Below, in pieces: positions 26,140 to 35,496 of a DNA stretch of 39,007 nucleotides. The first letter of the stretch is position 1; every line of letters starts with the position of its first letter. The translations under genes and the position numbers were made by a program. Source of the stretch: Pseudobdellovibrionaceae bacterium (GTDB lineage: Bacteria; Bdellovibrionota; Bdellovibrionia; Bdellovibrionales; Bdellovibrionaceae); contig JBDHWW010000027.1 of NCBI GenBank assembly GCA_039810425.1, positions 1-39,007 on the forward strand. The letters run 5' to 3'. Under the pieces are notes generated by a model that saw only the letters and a list, made by a program, of their open reading frames with translations, had not been told where the DNA came from and searched no databases.

Positions 26140-27615
26140 ATGCGATTAATATTGAAATCCGTCGGCATGGCTCTGGCGGCAGCACTTGTCACTTTGCCCC
26201 CTGCACTCAGCAGCGCCCAAAGCAAAGCCAACCTCAAAACCGGCCAACGTTACTACATCACGGCAACGGCGTTGAATGTTCGCAGCAGCAACTCGACGAC
26301 CGCACAAAACGTCGTCGGCCAACTGACTCAGAATGATCTTGTTGAACTCTATGACCTTTTGAACGAAGCCACCCCGCTCGTTCAAATCAAGATCATCCAA
26401 TCCGTGAGTATCAAAACCACGGTCGCTCCCGACCTCTTCGTTTCAAAAGACTACTTGGGCGAGAAGCCAGTCATCATCAACACCACTCCGGCCTCTAAGT
26501 ATTTCGTGATTCAGAACGTCGCAACCGAAAAGACCCGCGTTTATGAACGCTGCACGCTGACTCCCGACTGCGCCCACAAATTGATTTTCGAAACAGACAC
26601 CGTCGTTGGCCGCCCGGAAGAAGGCACCGAAAGCGATCCAAAAGCTTTTATCACCTGGCTCGGTCACTCACGCATTTCAGACTGGGTGAAATTCTACTCT
26701 GACGGCGCCGGCACGTACCCATCCTGGTACACGGCTGGTCAGGACATCAAGTCCATCCCGGGCCCTATCAGTAACAACGTGAATAAAACATTGGGTGCTA
26801 AAAAATGGACCATCAAGTACAACGGCCGTTCCACCATGTACGGCGCTTTCGGCTGGTTCGCCGCCCGCTTGAGTCCGGCAGATGCATCGGGGGTGAATCA
26901 CCAATGGATGCACGGAACCATTGGCTGGGGCGTTGATGAAGATAAAGCGATTGAAATCACTCGCGGCTTTTTCGTGAACTTGTTCTCAAACCCAGGTTCC
27001 CACGGTTGCACGCGTTTGGAAAACCGTTCCATCGCCTTCTTGCGCCAGATCTTGCCGGTGGGTACAGACATCTACCGTGTTTATGCCCGTGAATCAGTTC
27101 GAGAAAACAATCCAGTGCTTTCTCGCTACATAGATGAGCAAGCTCCAGGTCGCTGGGACTACATCCTCTTGACAGACGGCGCGCAAAAAGTGAACGGGCT
27201 GACGGCGGATGCGGCAACAATCCGCGGCTCAGGCATTGCGATCATGAAAGGCGTGAACTTCCTGGAAGAAGGAACTTTCAACTACGACCGCTATCCCAAC
27301 GCTGTGGCGCTTGATTACACTAAAAGCGCTTCGAGCGGTAAATCCGGCGACCGTTATCAGATCGACTCTGGCAAGGCCAAAGACGTCGCGAACACGCACT
27401 TCCGCGGTTACTTCCTTGTGGACGAGGGCCGTTTCATCGATTACCAGCACCCCGATGAGGTCGTTGTGGCGGGTAAAGTAAAGGTCAGCGGCCTTCCCGA
27501 CTTCAGAAACTCAATTCCTGAATCTTTGCGTGCCACCGGCACCCACTACCCTCCGGCGATTAATTACAACCGCAATGGCGGTGTGAATGAACCCGGCGGC
27601 AGTATCGGAAACTAG
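26140..27615 (+). CDS. SH3b + L,D-transpeptidase (YkuD-like) protein
   Basis: Signal peptide; ATALNVRS (bacterial SH3); WMHGT...GSHGCTRL catalytic motif; RBS GGAAGGA before ATG 26140. Confidence 0.88.
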   Translation: MRLILKSVGMALAAALVTLPPALSSAQSKANLKTGQRYYITATALNVRSSNSTTAQNVVGQLTQNDLVELYDLLNEATPLVQIKIIQSVSIKTTVAPDLFVSKDYLGEKPVIINTTPASKYFVIQNVATEKTRVYERCTLTPDCAHKLIFETDTVVGRPEEGTESDPKAFITWLGHSRISDWVKFYSDGAGTYPSWYTAGQDIKSIPGPISNNVNKTLGAKKWTIKYNGRSTMYGAFGWFAARLSPADASGVNHQWMHGTIGWGVDEDKAIEITRGFFVNLFSNPGSHGCTRLENRSIAFLRQILPVGTDIYRVYARESVRENNPVLSRYIDEQAPGRWDYILLTDGAQKVNGLTADAATIRGSGIAIMKGVNFLEEGTFNYDRYPNAVALDYTKSASSGKSGDRYQIDSGKAKDVANTHFRGYFLVDEGRFIDYQHPDEVVVAGKVKVSGLPDFRNSIPESLRATGTHYPPAINYNRNGGVNEPGGSIGN

Positions 27616-27699
27616 CCTCTGCTCTGATGGCTCCGCAGCACCCCTCGCATATCGACGGGCGCGGAGCCACGGCACCTCACAAGCGCTTTGTTTCGCGCT

Positions 27700-27978
27700 T
27701 TATGTTTTTTTAATTTTTTGTTTTAAGTCATCAACCTTGCGATTCACAGTCTCAGAGACTTTCTGTGGAGAGAACTTTCTCTCCATATCACGCATGAACT
27801 CAGAAACGTTACGTGTCACTTCATCCTTTTCCAAGCCGAATTTATGCTGAATGATACCGGCGAGAGACTCGGCATTGCCTTTGGATTTACGGATTTCATC
27901 GTCGGTGAGTTCTCCCCATTTCTTTTTGATTTCTCCAGATATCTCTTTGAATTTGCCCTCAAAAATGTCTTTGTTCAT
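27700..27978 (-). CDS. csbD: CsbD family stress protein
   Basis: MNKDIFEGKFKEISGEIKKKWGELTDDE...G.IQ.KFG; RBS GGGAGGA. Confidence 0.88.
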   Translation of the reverse strand: MNKDIFEGKFKEISGEIKKKWGELTDDEIRKSKGNAESLAGIIQHKFGLEKDEVTRNVSEFMRDMERKFSPQKVSETVNRKVDDLKQKIKKT

Positions 27979-28125
27979 AAATCCTCCCTTTGTGACGATC
28001 CATCATAATGCCGAAATAGCGCTGGGTTTTGACGTAAATTTCGCAGATTCGTAATCAAAAACTGACTCTCAACACCTATCATCTTTTTCAAGTTGATAAA
28101 CGAACCTCATATGAAAGGAAGTACC

Positions 28126-28413
28126 ATGGAACCATCTACAAGTGATCTTAAGAACGCCGCCGCTTCTGCAGGGAACTATGCCAGCGATAAAGCCCGCCAA
28201 GTGGCAAATCAAGTGTCAAACCGAGTTTCTGATAAAATCGACAAATCACAAGCACGTATCGAGGACATCTACAATGCGGCCCGAGACCGCGCTGAGGATT
28301 ACTACGACAACTCCGTTGATTTTGTGAAAAAGTATCCCGTGTCCACGGTGGCCGGCGCAGTTGCGATCGGCTTTGTGGCTGGCATGATTCTTCGCCGCAC
28401 AACAAGACATTAA
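28126..28413 (+). CDS. DUF883/ElaB/YqjD-like tail-anchored protein
   Basis: Helical N-terminal part followed by FVKKYPVSTVAGAVAIGFVAGMILRR; RBS AAGGA. Confidence 0.8.
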   Translation: MEPSTSDLKNAAASAGNYASDKARQVANQVSNRVSDKIDKSQARIEDIYNAARDRAEDYYDNSVDFVKKYPVSTVAGAVAIGFVAGMILRRTTRH

Positions 28414-28426
28414 TTTTATCACCCCT

Positions 28427-28458
28427 AAGGGCCCTGCTAAAAACAGGGCCCTTCTTTT
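28427..28458 (+). terminator. Intrinsic terminator-like hairpin between two co-oriented genes
   Basis: AAGGGCCCTG-CTAAAAA-CAGGGCCCTT followed by CTTTT. Confidence 0.7.
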
Positions 28459-28469
28459 GAGGAGCCGCT

Positions 28470-28970
28470 ATGCACTGGCTAAGCCTTTTGTTTTCATTTT
28501 TTCTTGGTAAGTTTAACGTCGCCCGTCCCCCAAGCCTGAAAGATAGCGTATCCTTTGTTTTCGAAGAGGCGGTCTCCCGTAGCCGCAAACCCGCTGTTCT
28601 GATTTTAGGCGGGATTGCCAGTGTGTTGCTTTTGTGTGGAGGCTTCTTCATGGGCCTCATTGACCTCACCACCCAAATGGACCGTGATGGTGTGATTCGT
28701 GCTTCAGCCGGTGCTGTCAGCGGTTTTGCCCTTATGGCGCTGGCTCTGGGCGTTTTCTTCTGGATCTTCACCCGCGCTTGGCCCGGCGCCCGCAACGTGA
28801 AAGCGCAACAAGAAGAAAAAGCAGTTCCTGCCGCTGGACTTGAACAAGCTCTGACCTTACTTGTAATGGATTTTATCAAAGAGCGCGAGCTGAAACGGGA
28901 GGAGCGCCGTCATCCCTACACTCCGCCAATTTCTGAAACAAACGAGCGCCCCCCGCCGCCCCTCCACTAA
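28470..28970 (+). CDS. Membrane protein with 2 TM segments, possibly YqjE-like
   Basis: RBS GAGGAG; two hydrophobic helices; position after the DUF883 gene. Confidence 0.65.
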   Translation: MHWLSLLFSFFLGKFNVARPPSLKDSVSFVFEEAVSRSRKPAVLILGGIASVLLLCGGFFMGLIDLTTQMDRDGVIRASAGAVSGFALMALALGVFFWIFTRAWPGARNVKAQQEEKAVPAAGLEQALTLLVMDFIKERELKREERRHPYTPPISETNERPPPPLH

Positions 28971-29018
28971 ATAAAAAAATGCTTTACGTATCCTTCTTAT
29001 GAAGGTCATAATCCTTTC

Positions 29019-29831
29019 ATGGTAAATTGGAATGTTAGTCCGACAATCGTGAACCTAGGCCCCCTTCAACTGCGTTGGTATGGCCTCATGTTTTTGGTGG
29101 GTTTTCTTATTGGCTATCAAAGCATGCGTAAAATCTGCATCTGGGAAAATAAACCTCTCGAAAAATTAGACTCCCTGTTAACTCATATTTTCTTAGGCAC
29201 GCTTTTGGGCGCGCGCCTCGGCCACTGCCTATTTTATGAACCAGGATATTATCTGAGCCATCCGCTGGATATCATCAAAGTCTGGGAAGGCGGCCTGGCA
29301 AGCCACGGCGGCGGCATGGGGGTGCTGATCGGAATTTGGCTCTTTTCCCGGAAAAACAGAGAATTCCCCGTGATGTGGATCTTTGACCGCGTGGCGATCT
29401 TTACCGTTTTGACGGGGGCCTTTATTCGCATCGGCAACTTGATGAATTCAGAAATTATCGGACGTCCGACGGATGTTGCGTGGGCTTTCGTTTTTGAACG
29501 AGTGGATAAATTACCTCGTCACCCGACGCAGATTTACGAAAGCCTTTGCTACTTTGCGATCGCTCTGATTGGCTGGCTGACATATCGCAAGTATAAAGCC
29601 AAGCTCCCATCAGGACGCATTTTTGGCCTAACCCTGGCTTTGATCTTCTTAGCTCGTTTTTTAATCGAGTTTTTCAAAGAAAACCAAGAAGCGTTTGAGT
29701 CCTCCATGGCGATCAACATGGGCCAGCTCCTGAGTATTCCCTTCATTCTTGCGGGTGTTTACTTTTATGTTCGATCATTCCGCGAAATTCCTACAGAAAA
29801 CAAAAAACCTGTAAAGAAACGATCAAAGTAA
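29019..29831 (+). CDS. lgt: Prolipoprotein diacylglyceryl transferase
   Basis: LRWYGL, GARLGH, VWEGGLASHGG, RIGNLMNSE, RHPTQIYE, MGQLLS. Confidence 0.97.
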   Translation: MVNWNVSPTIVNLGPLQLRWYGLMFLVGFLIGYQSMRKICIWENKPLEKLDSLLTHIFLGTLLGARLGHCLFYEPGYYLSHPLDIIKVWEGGLASHGGGMGVLIGIWLFSRKNREFPVMWIFDRVAIFTVLTGAFIRIGNLMNSEIIGRPTDVAWAFVFERVDKLPRHPTQIYESLCYFAIALIGWLTYRKYKAKLPSGRIFGLTLALIFLARFLIEFFKENQEAFESSMAINMGQLLSIPFILAGVYFYVRSFREIPTENKKPVKKRSK

Positions 29832-29959
29832 TTCCATTCTTCTTCCAAGGTTCACGGACCTAGGTTGATTTTTTCCCGAAGATTTTTTTTTCGCCATTTT
29901 CTTCGGCAACTTTCCAAGGAAATGTTGCTACAATATTTGCATCACCTGGAAATTTGGAA

Positions 29960-31090
29960 ATGCAAAAAAACGTAGCAACAAAAACACCAACGGCGTCGGC
30001 TTCTAAAGTACTTCAATCCTGTCTTTCCAGCTCCTGGGGCGGGCTTGAGATGGTTGCGTACGAAAATGCGCTTTCTTTGCGTGACAATAATACAGAGTGC
30101 TTCACGCTTTGTTTTTCGGGAAGCCCCCTCGAAAAACATTTGCAATTGCAAGGACTCCCGACGCTAAGCCTTTCCCAACGCAGCATTTTTGATTTTTTAA
30201 AGGTCCGTCACTTCATTCAAGAACATGGAGTTAAGACCATTCTCGTCCAGCATTTGAAGGACCTTCGCCTGCTTTCAATGGCGACGATGAACTGCGAGAA
30301 TGTGAAGATGTTTGCAATCTCCCATACTTTTGTGAACGTGGATAAAAAAGATTTTATCCACCGCTGGACCTATAAAAAACTCTTCAAGCTGATTTGCCTC
30401 ACAAGTCTTCATAAAAAAAATCTTTTGCAGCACTTGCCACTGAACGAACTGCAACTCGAAATCATCCCTAATTTTGTGGACACCGAACGCTTTCATCCTA
30501 AGAATCGTTCGGAATCGGTCCGCCAAAGCCTCGGCGCGAAACCCGGCCTTCCACTGATCGGCATTGCCTCCCGTCTTGATCCCCAAAAAGGCCAAGACAC
30601 GGCCCTTGAAGCCATGGTTCTTCTGAAGAGCCAGAAGGTTCCCCTTCAGCTTGTGATTGTCGGCGAAAACACGTTGAATGAAGAGAACTACCTGGAGGTT
30701 TTGAAAAAGAAAACCACGGAACTCGGCCTTGATGACTGCGTTTCCTTCGCCGGCTATCGCGCAGACATGGAAAACATCATGGCTTCACTCGATGCCCTGG
30801 TGATGCCTTCACACTGTGAAACCTTCGGCCGCGTTTTGATTGAAGCCATGGCCTCAAAGACTCCGGTCATCGCTACCCGCGCTGGCGGAGTGCCTGACAT
30901 TATCGACTCAGACCACTTAGGTCTGCTTGTAAGCCCGCAAAACCCAGAGGAGCTGGCTGCCGCCATAAAGAAGATCGTCACCAACCGGGAGCTTCGTAGC
31001 CGTCTCTCAGAAAGCGCTTACTTCAAGGTGCGTTCAACCTATTCCAAACAGGTTGTCGAGAGCCACCTGATGGGTCTTTTAGAAGTTTAA
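29960..31090 (+). CDS. Glycosyltransferase family 4
   Basis: WGGLE, IIPNFVD, RLDPQKG, ETFGRVLIEAMA motifs. Confidence 0.93.
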   Translation: MQKNVATKTPTASASKVLQSCLSSSWGGLEMVAYENALSLRDNNTECFTLCFSGSPLEKHLQLQGLPTLSLSQRSIFDFLKVRHFIQEHGVKTILVQHLKDLRLLSMATMNCENVKMFAISHTFVNVDKKDFIHRWTYKKLFKLICLTSLHKKNLLQHLPLNELQLEIIPNFVDTERFHPKNRSESVRQSLGAKPGLPLIGIASRLDPQKGQDTALEAMVLLKSQKVPLQLVIVGENTLNEENYLEVLKKKTTELGLDDCVSFAGYRADMENIMASLDALVMPSHCETFGRVLIEAMASKTPVIATRAGGVPDIIDSDHLGLLVSPQNPEELAAAIKKIVTNRELRSRLSESAYFKVRSTYSKQVVESHLMGLLEV

Positions 31091-31102
31091 AACAACCCGC
31101 CC

Positions 31103-32038
31103 CTAGTGTTGTGGGGGATTTTCCTCTTGATAAGAAGAGTGCTGTTTATCTTCGCCCTCGTCAAAGAAAATGCCACGAAAGGCCCTTAGAAAATCCTCAA
31201 TCCGGGTCGATGTCATGCTGCCTGAATCCCGCGCGCCTTGCGTGTTGATGAGCCCTGAATTGAACGCACGATACATTTCGACAAACCCGCGTGCGACGGG
31301 CGCGGAAAGCCCGGTCTGCATCAGGATTTTTTCGCAATCACGGTCGCTGAGTTGTTGGTAGCTGATCCGCTGCTCAAGAATGCGCGACAACAGCACGCAC
31401 ACCTCCGCCATGCTGACATCGCGCGGGCCTAAAATGCTCCGTATGTTTTTGCCAACGAAATTTCGGCCCAAAAGCTGCTCTGTCGCAACCCGGGCAATAT
31501 CCAAGGTTGCCACCATCGGAATCGGCAAATCCGCCTGTAAAGAAGCCATAATCATTTTCTCCTGGCGAATCGTCTGCACATAACTCAGCAAGTTCTCCAT
31601 GAAAAACGCCGGACGCAGATGCATGATATTGCATGACTCCAACTGGTTCAGACGTTGCTCGTGGTCATGCAAGCACTGTATCACACCCGTGCCCGTCGCA
31701 TGTTCAGCGCCAAAGCTTGAAAGATTCACCACGTAGCGCAGTCCGGATTCGCGAATGGCTTTATATATGGACTCACTGAGCTTTCTATAGTGATTCCCCA
31801 AAGAATCCGTGCGGAAGTCCGGCGGAATCATCACAAAGGCGGCGTTGCAATCTTTAAAACATTTTGCGAGAAAGCCCGTGTCAGCGATTTCTCCGAGGTA
31901 AAGGTCCGCGCCGAGCCGCTTAAAACCTTCCAGATTCTGGGCATGTCGCCCCACCGCACGCACCCTCTCACCTCGCTTCAATAAAGCGTCTGCGACCTTA
32001 CTTCCCACATTCCCTGAGGCACCGAGCAGAGCCAACAT
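31103..32038 (-). CDS. NmrA-like NAD(P)H-binding protein
   Basis: LGASGNVGS, VNLSSFGA, LRPAFFMEN, VATLDIA; RBS AAGGAGG. Confidence 0.9.
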   Translation of the reverse strand: MLALLGASGNVGSKVADALLKRGERVRAVGRHAQNLEGFKRLGADLYLGEIADTGFLAKCFKDCNAAFVMIPPDFRTDSLGNHYRKLSESIYKAIRESGLRYVVNLSSFGAEHATGTGVIQCLHDHEQRLNQLESCNIMHLRPAFFMENLLSYVQTIRQEKMIMASLQADLPIPMVATLDIARVATEQLLGRNFVGKNIRSILGPRDVSMAEVCVLLSRILEQRISYQQLSDRDCEKILMQTGLSAPVARGFVEMYRAFNSGLINTQGARDSGSMTSTRIEDFLRAFRGIFFDEGEDKQHSSYQEENPPQH

Positions 32039-32236
32039 AAAACCTCCTTGCTTCTGGCTCTAAAGCATATAGCGGAAGATTTCGAGAATCTCGTCACGAG
32101 ACAGTGACGAACAATAGACGCTATCGGCATGCCTTAAGGAACCCGCGTCACCCCAACACGACCTATGTCCTGAGTAAGTATTATGTTGCGAATTGAGATT
32201 TACACTCCGCCCTATTTTTAAGCTATAATAGAAGGC

Positions 32237-33865
32237 ATGAAGTACGTCTACCTTCTTGAAAATGAAGAGAAATTTCGAGATGAGATGATCGAAGCAATCA
32301 GGAAAATCGATCCTCAGTTGCTGATCCGTTACTTCACATCCCTCGAGGAATTTTCAAAATGGATCAAATTGGTCATGCTGGAAGGCCCCGACGCGCTTCC
32401 CAAAGGTGGTACTGCGCCGGCGGGACAGTTGGAACCCACGGGTGGCACCCACCAATTACCTCTGATTATTTCAAAAGATGAATTCCTTGGCGCCCGACAC
32501 ATGCCCCTGCTCCGAAAGACCAGGGACTTGTTTATTAAAAAAGGCCTCTGCTCCCAAGACGATCCTACCTCCCTCGTTCTCACAAGCTTTGACAACCCTG
32601 ATTTTGATATTAAGCTCGCCGAGGACCGCACGATTAACAATGTCGTCTTTAAGCCCTTTGACAAACTCATTCTGCAACAGCATCTGGCCTTCGCCATCGG
32701 CGGACGCCATCCGGTGTCTTCTTACTCCGTCCACAATATGAAAACCACTGCGGCGATTGAGATGCTCAAAGAAGTCGAGATCGAAGCTCTCTCCGACATT
32801 GGCTTTGTCAGTATCAGCAACCGTCCATTGAAAGTCGGAGTGCTGGCAAAATACTACAGTCCCGCGTTCCTGTCGATTCAGCACCGAAGCATGATGGCCC
32901 TTTGTGTGAAGTGCGAGCCCCACCCGGAGCGTAAAGATTTTTATCGTTGTGGTTTCACCTTCCTGGCGGCGGACACATTTCAGATCAGCAATATTCGCAA
33001 ACAAGTGCGCGCCAAGGACGCAAAACCCTTTATCTACGAATGGACTGTTAAACCACAGAATGCGCTACCAGTGGAAATCGCCGTGATCACCACTGAAGAG
33101 CACCTGGGCCAGCACTTTAAAGACAGTCTCGATAAAAGCTTTGGCAATGTCCAGATTCACCACTTTGCGACTTTGCAGGATTTCCTCTATACGGTGGATC
33201 CGGAGCTCGCGAAGAAAGACAAGCGTGACATCGACTTCAGCAAGCGCCCCCACATTAAAAACACTTTGCATGCGATCGTCGCCGATCATACCCATTTCGA
33301 AGGAAGCTTCCAAGAGCGCTGGCAGACCGTGCTCGACACTGTGAAAGCGAAATTCAAAAAACCGGACACTCCCTCAGGCCTGACCGAAGTTTTTGCAATA
33401 TCAAAACACGCTTACTCCGACCCTGAAGAACGTGCTCTGGGGGAACTGGTCCGTGATATTTTCTTCCAGCCGGTAGATCCTATCTACTTGGCTAAAAAAC
33501 TTCTCGCATTTATTCCTTCATTGCGTCCGAATGAAGACCTGAAGATCGTGACCGTGGACCAGCATCACAATGCCAAGGCCGCAAGCCCGGTTGAAATCAG
33601 CGAATTCTCAGAAGCTGGCCTGGTGTTCAAGTACTATCGCCCGATCAGCACGGGGGCTTTCCGCGAGTTTGTTTTGTGGCTCCCGCACGAGTTGGATACG
33701 CCAGAGTTCCTGGCGACCTGCAATTACAGTGAAGAGAGCAAGGCCACCAAAGGTGAATATTTCAATCATTTCGTCTTTTTCGGCACGAGTGACCACTACT
33801 TAAAGCACATCCGCCGCTGGATCCTCCAGAACCACGTCCACAGCAAAGAGAGTGAGAGCGCCTAA
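32237..33865 (+). CDS. Hypothetical signalling protein with two degenerate receiver-like + PilZ-like units
   Basis: MKYVYLLENE, VFKPFD and FFQPVD receiver-like elements; ALSDIG and EFSEAG resemble the PilZ D-x-S-x-x-G motif. Confidence 0.6.
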   Translation: MKYVYLLENEEKFRDEMIEAIRKIDPQLLIRYFTSLEEFSKWIKLVMLEGPDALPKGGTAPAGQLEPTGGTHQLPLIISKDEFLGARHMPLLRKTRDLFIKKGLCSQDDPTSLVLTSFDNPDFDIKLAEDRTINNVVFKPFDKLILQQHLAFAIGGRHPVSSYSVHNMKTTAAIEMLKEVEIEALSDIGFVSISNRPLKVGVLAKYYSPAFLSIQHRSMMALCVKCEPHPERKDFYRCGFTFLAADTFQISNIRKQVRAKDAKPFIYEWTVKPQNALPVEIAVITTEEHLGQHFKDSLDKSFGNVQIHHFATLQDFLYTVDPELAKKDKRDIDFSKRPHIKNTLHAIVADHTHFEGSFQERWQTVLDTVKAKFKKPDTPSGLTEVFAISKHAYSDPEERALGELVRDIFFQPVDPIYLAKKLLAFIPSLRPNEDLKIVTVDQHHNAKAASPVEISEFSEAGLVFKYYRPISTGAFREFVLWLPHELDTPEFLATCNYSEESKATKGEYFNHFVFFGTSDHYLKHIRRWILQNHVHSKESESA

Positions 33866-33876
33866 ACGCCCGCCCC

Positions 33877-33905
33877 TTGCCGTTTTCCCCTAAGGGTGTT
33901 ACCTT
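33877..33905 (+). promoter_or_regulatory. Sigma70-type promoter of the Fur-family gene
   Basis: TTGCCG-17-TACCTT with extended TG. Confidence 0.6.
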
Positions 33906-33914
33906 CACAGGACT

Positions 33915-34379
33915 ATGAAGAAAGATGCCAAGACTCCGCACAAAACCCCTGCGAAAAACTCTATTTTTGCGAAGATGAAGGAGCATAAAATCAAGGTCAC
34001 TCGCCAACGCGAAAAGATCATTGATTGTTTGATAGCGACACCCCAGCCGCAAACCGCTGAGGAAATTATGGCAAAATTCAAAAAAAGCAAAAACCCCGGC
34101 AAGTGCGATCTTGTCACGATCTATCGCACGCTTCATCAGTTTGAAAAAATCAATTTAGTCCAAAAAAGCTTTTTCAGCGAGAACTCCGCCCAATACTGCC
34201 TGAACGATCTCGACGACCATCACCATCATCATCACTTTCTGTGCAAAAAGTGCCAGAAAATCACGGAAATCGATTCTTGTCTGCTCGAGAGCCAGCTAAA
34301 GGCCCTTGAGAAAAAAGGCTTCCGCGATATTGTTCATCGCTTGGAATTTTTTGGCATCTGCCCCCAGTGCACCGCTTAA
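33915..34379 (+). CDS. Fur-family metalloregulator (Fur/Zur/PerR)
   Basis: VTRQR, TIYRTL, HHHHHHFLCKKC, GICPQC. Confidence 0.93.
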   Translation: MKKDAKTPHKTPAKNSIFAKMKEHKIKVTRQREKIIDCLIATPQPQTAEEIMAKFKKSKNPGKCDLVTIYRTLHQFEKINLVQKSFFSENSAQYCLNDLDDHHHHHHFLCKKCQKITEIDSCLLESQLKALEKKGFRDIVHRLEFFGICPQCTA

Positions 34380-34416
34380 ACGATTAAATTCTCATTGCTG
34401 ATATTTTGTATATGAA

Positions 34417-34521
34417 GTGAAAGAAGACATCGCTCTTGAAGAGATGGTTCGCACGCTCATCCGCACCGAGACTGAACACATTGACGAAGCGAAGAAGATG
34501 CTTGTCACTAAGAATAACTAG
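34417..34521 (+). pseudogene. 34-aa ORF resembling the C-terminal helix of a ferritin-like/bacterioferritin protein
   Basis: (V/M)KEDIALEEMVRTLIRTETEHIDEAKKMLVTKNN with ExxH; in-frame stop at 34399-34401 upstream; absent from the ORF track. Confidence 0.55.
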
Positions 34522-34547
34522 TTCTCAGGAACATCGAAGCTTTTGAT

Positions 34548-34579
34548 AAGCCCACCTTCCTCGCGGAAGCTGGGCTTTT
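34548..34579. terminator. Terminator hairpin between fur and the convergent flagellin gene
   Basis: AAGCCCA(C)CTTCC-TCGC-GGAAG(C)TGGGCTT followed by TTAATATT. Confidence 0.7.
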
Positions 34580-34601
34580 AATATTGCTTGATTCCCTCGA
34601 C

Positions 34602-35435
34602 CTAGCCGAGGAGCTTCAGCGCGAGTTGGTTCATCTGATTTGCCTGCGACAAAGTCGAGGTTCCGGCTTGCATTAAAATATTATTGCGAGTCATTTCCGA
34701 AGACGCTTGCGCGACGTCGGTGTCACGAATGCGTGAATTCGCCGCACTTAAATTCTCCATCGAAACACCCAAGTTATCCGCGGTTGAGGTTAAACGGTTT
34801 TGAATCGCACCGAGATTTGCACGATAACCATTCACCGACGTTTGCGCATTGTCGAGTGCTTGCAGAGCCGTTTGTGCGCCCTCTTTCGTGGAGTAATCAA
34901 GCCCTGACAGGCCTAAGGCATCAATGGTCGCAACATTTTGAGAAGCATCGAAACTGATTCTGTCTTCCTCGGCGTTATTGAAAATACCAACTTGGAAATC
35001 AAATGTGGGCGTGCTGCCATCCAAGAGCTTCGTTGTACCCCACGTCGTCACCGAGGCGATACGTTGAATCTCAGATTTCAACTGTTGGGTTTCTTTATCT
35101 AAAAATCCACGCTCTGTCGCGCCAACCGTGTCGGAGGCCGCCTGGATTCCCAGTTCCCGAAGGCGAACGATGAGGTTGCCAATCTCGTTCAAGCCTCCCT
35201 CTGCCGTTTGCACCATGGAGATACCATCATTTGTATTTCTTTGCGCTTGGCCTGCGGATCTAATTTGCGCCTTCAGGTTTTCTGAAATCGCTAAGCCCGC
35301 GGCATCATCCGCCGCCTTATTGATCCGACTGCCTGATGACAATTGCGCCATCGAGCTGTTCAATAGCCGCTGACTGCCAATCAAATTTCTTTGCGCATTG
35401 ATAGCTGATAGATTCGTTGTTACTCTCATCCCCAT
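34602..35435 (-). CDS. fliC: Flagellin (short, 277 aa)
   Basis: MGMRVTTN, LSSGSRINKAADDAAGLAISE, QTAEG, RANLGAIQNRL, SRIRDTD; RBS GGAGGA. Confidence 0.98.
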   Translation of the reverse strand: MGMRVTTNLSAINAQRNLIGSQRLLNSSMAQLSSGSRINKAADDAAGLAISENLKAQIRSAGQAQRNTNDGISMVQTAEGGLNEIGNLIVRLRELGIQAASDTVGATERGFLDKETQQLKSEIQRIASVTTWGTTKLLDGSTPTFDFQVGIFNNAEEDRISFDASQNVATIDALGLSGLDYSTKEGAQTALQALDNAQTSVNGYRANLGAIQNRLTSTADNLGVSMENLSAANSRIRDTDVAQASSEMTRNNILMQAGTSTLSQANQMNQLALKLLG

Positions 35436-35496
35436 TGTATCATCCTCCCCTGAACTGCATGTGAACCTCCTTGGCATTGTTTGTCTTCAGTCCATT

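Noticed and set aside
28148..28879. Minus-strand 243-aa ORF
   Set aside because: Antisense to two well-supported + strand genes; no recognisable motifs.
35436..35477. Upstream ATG for flagellin
   Set aside because: The conserved flagellin N-terminus and a strong SD support 35435.
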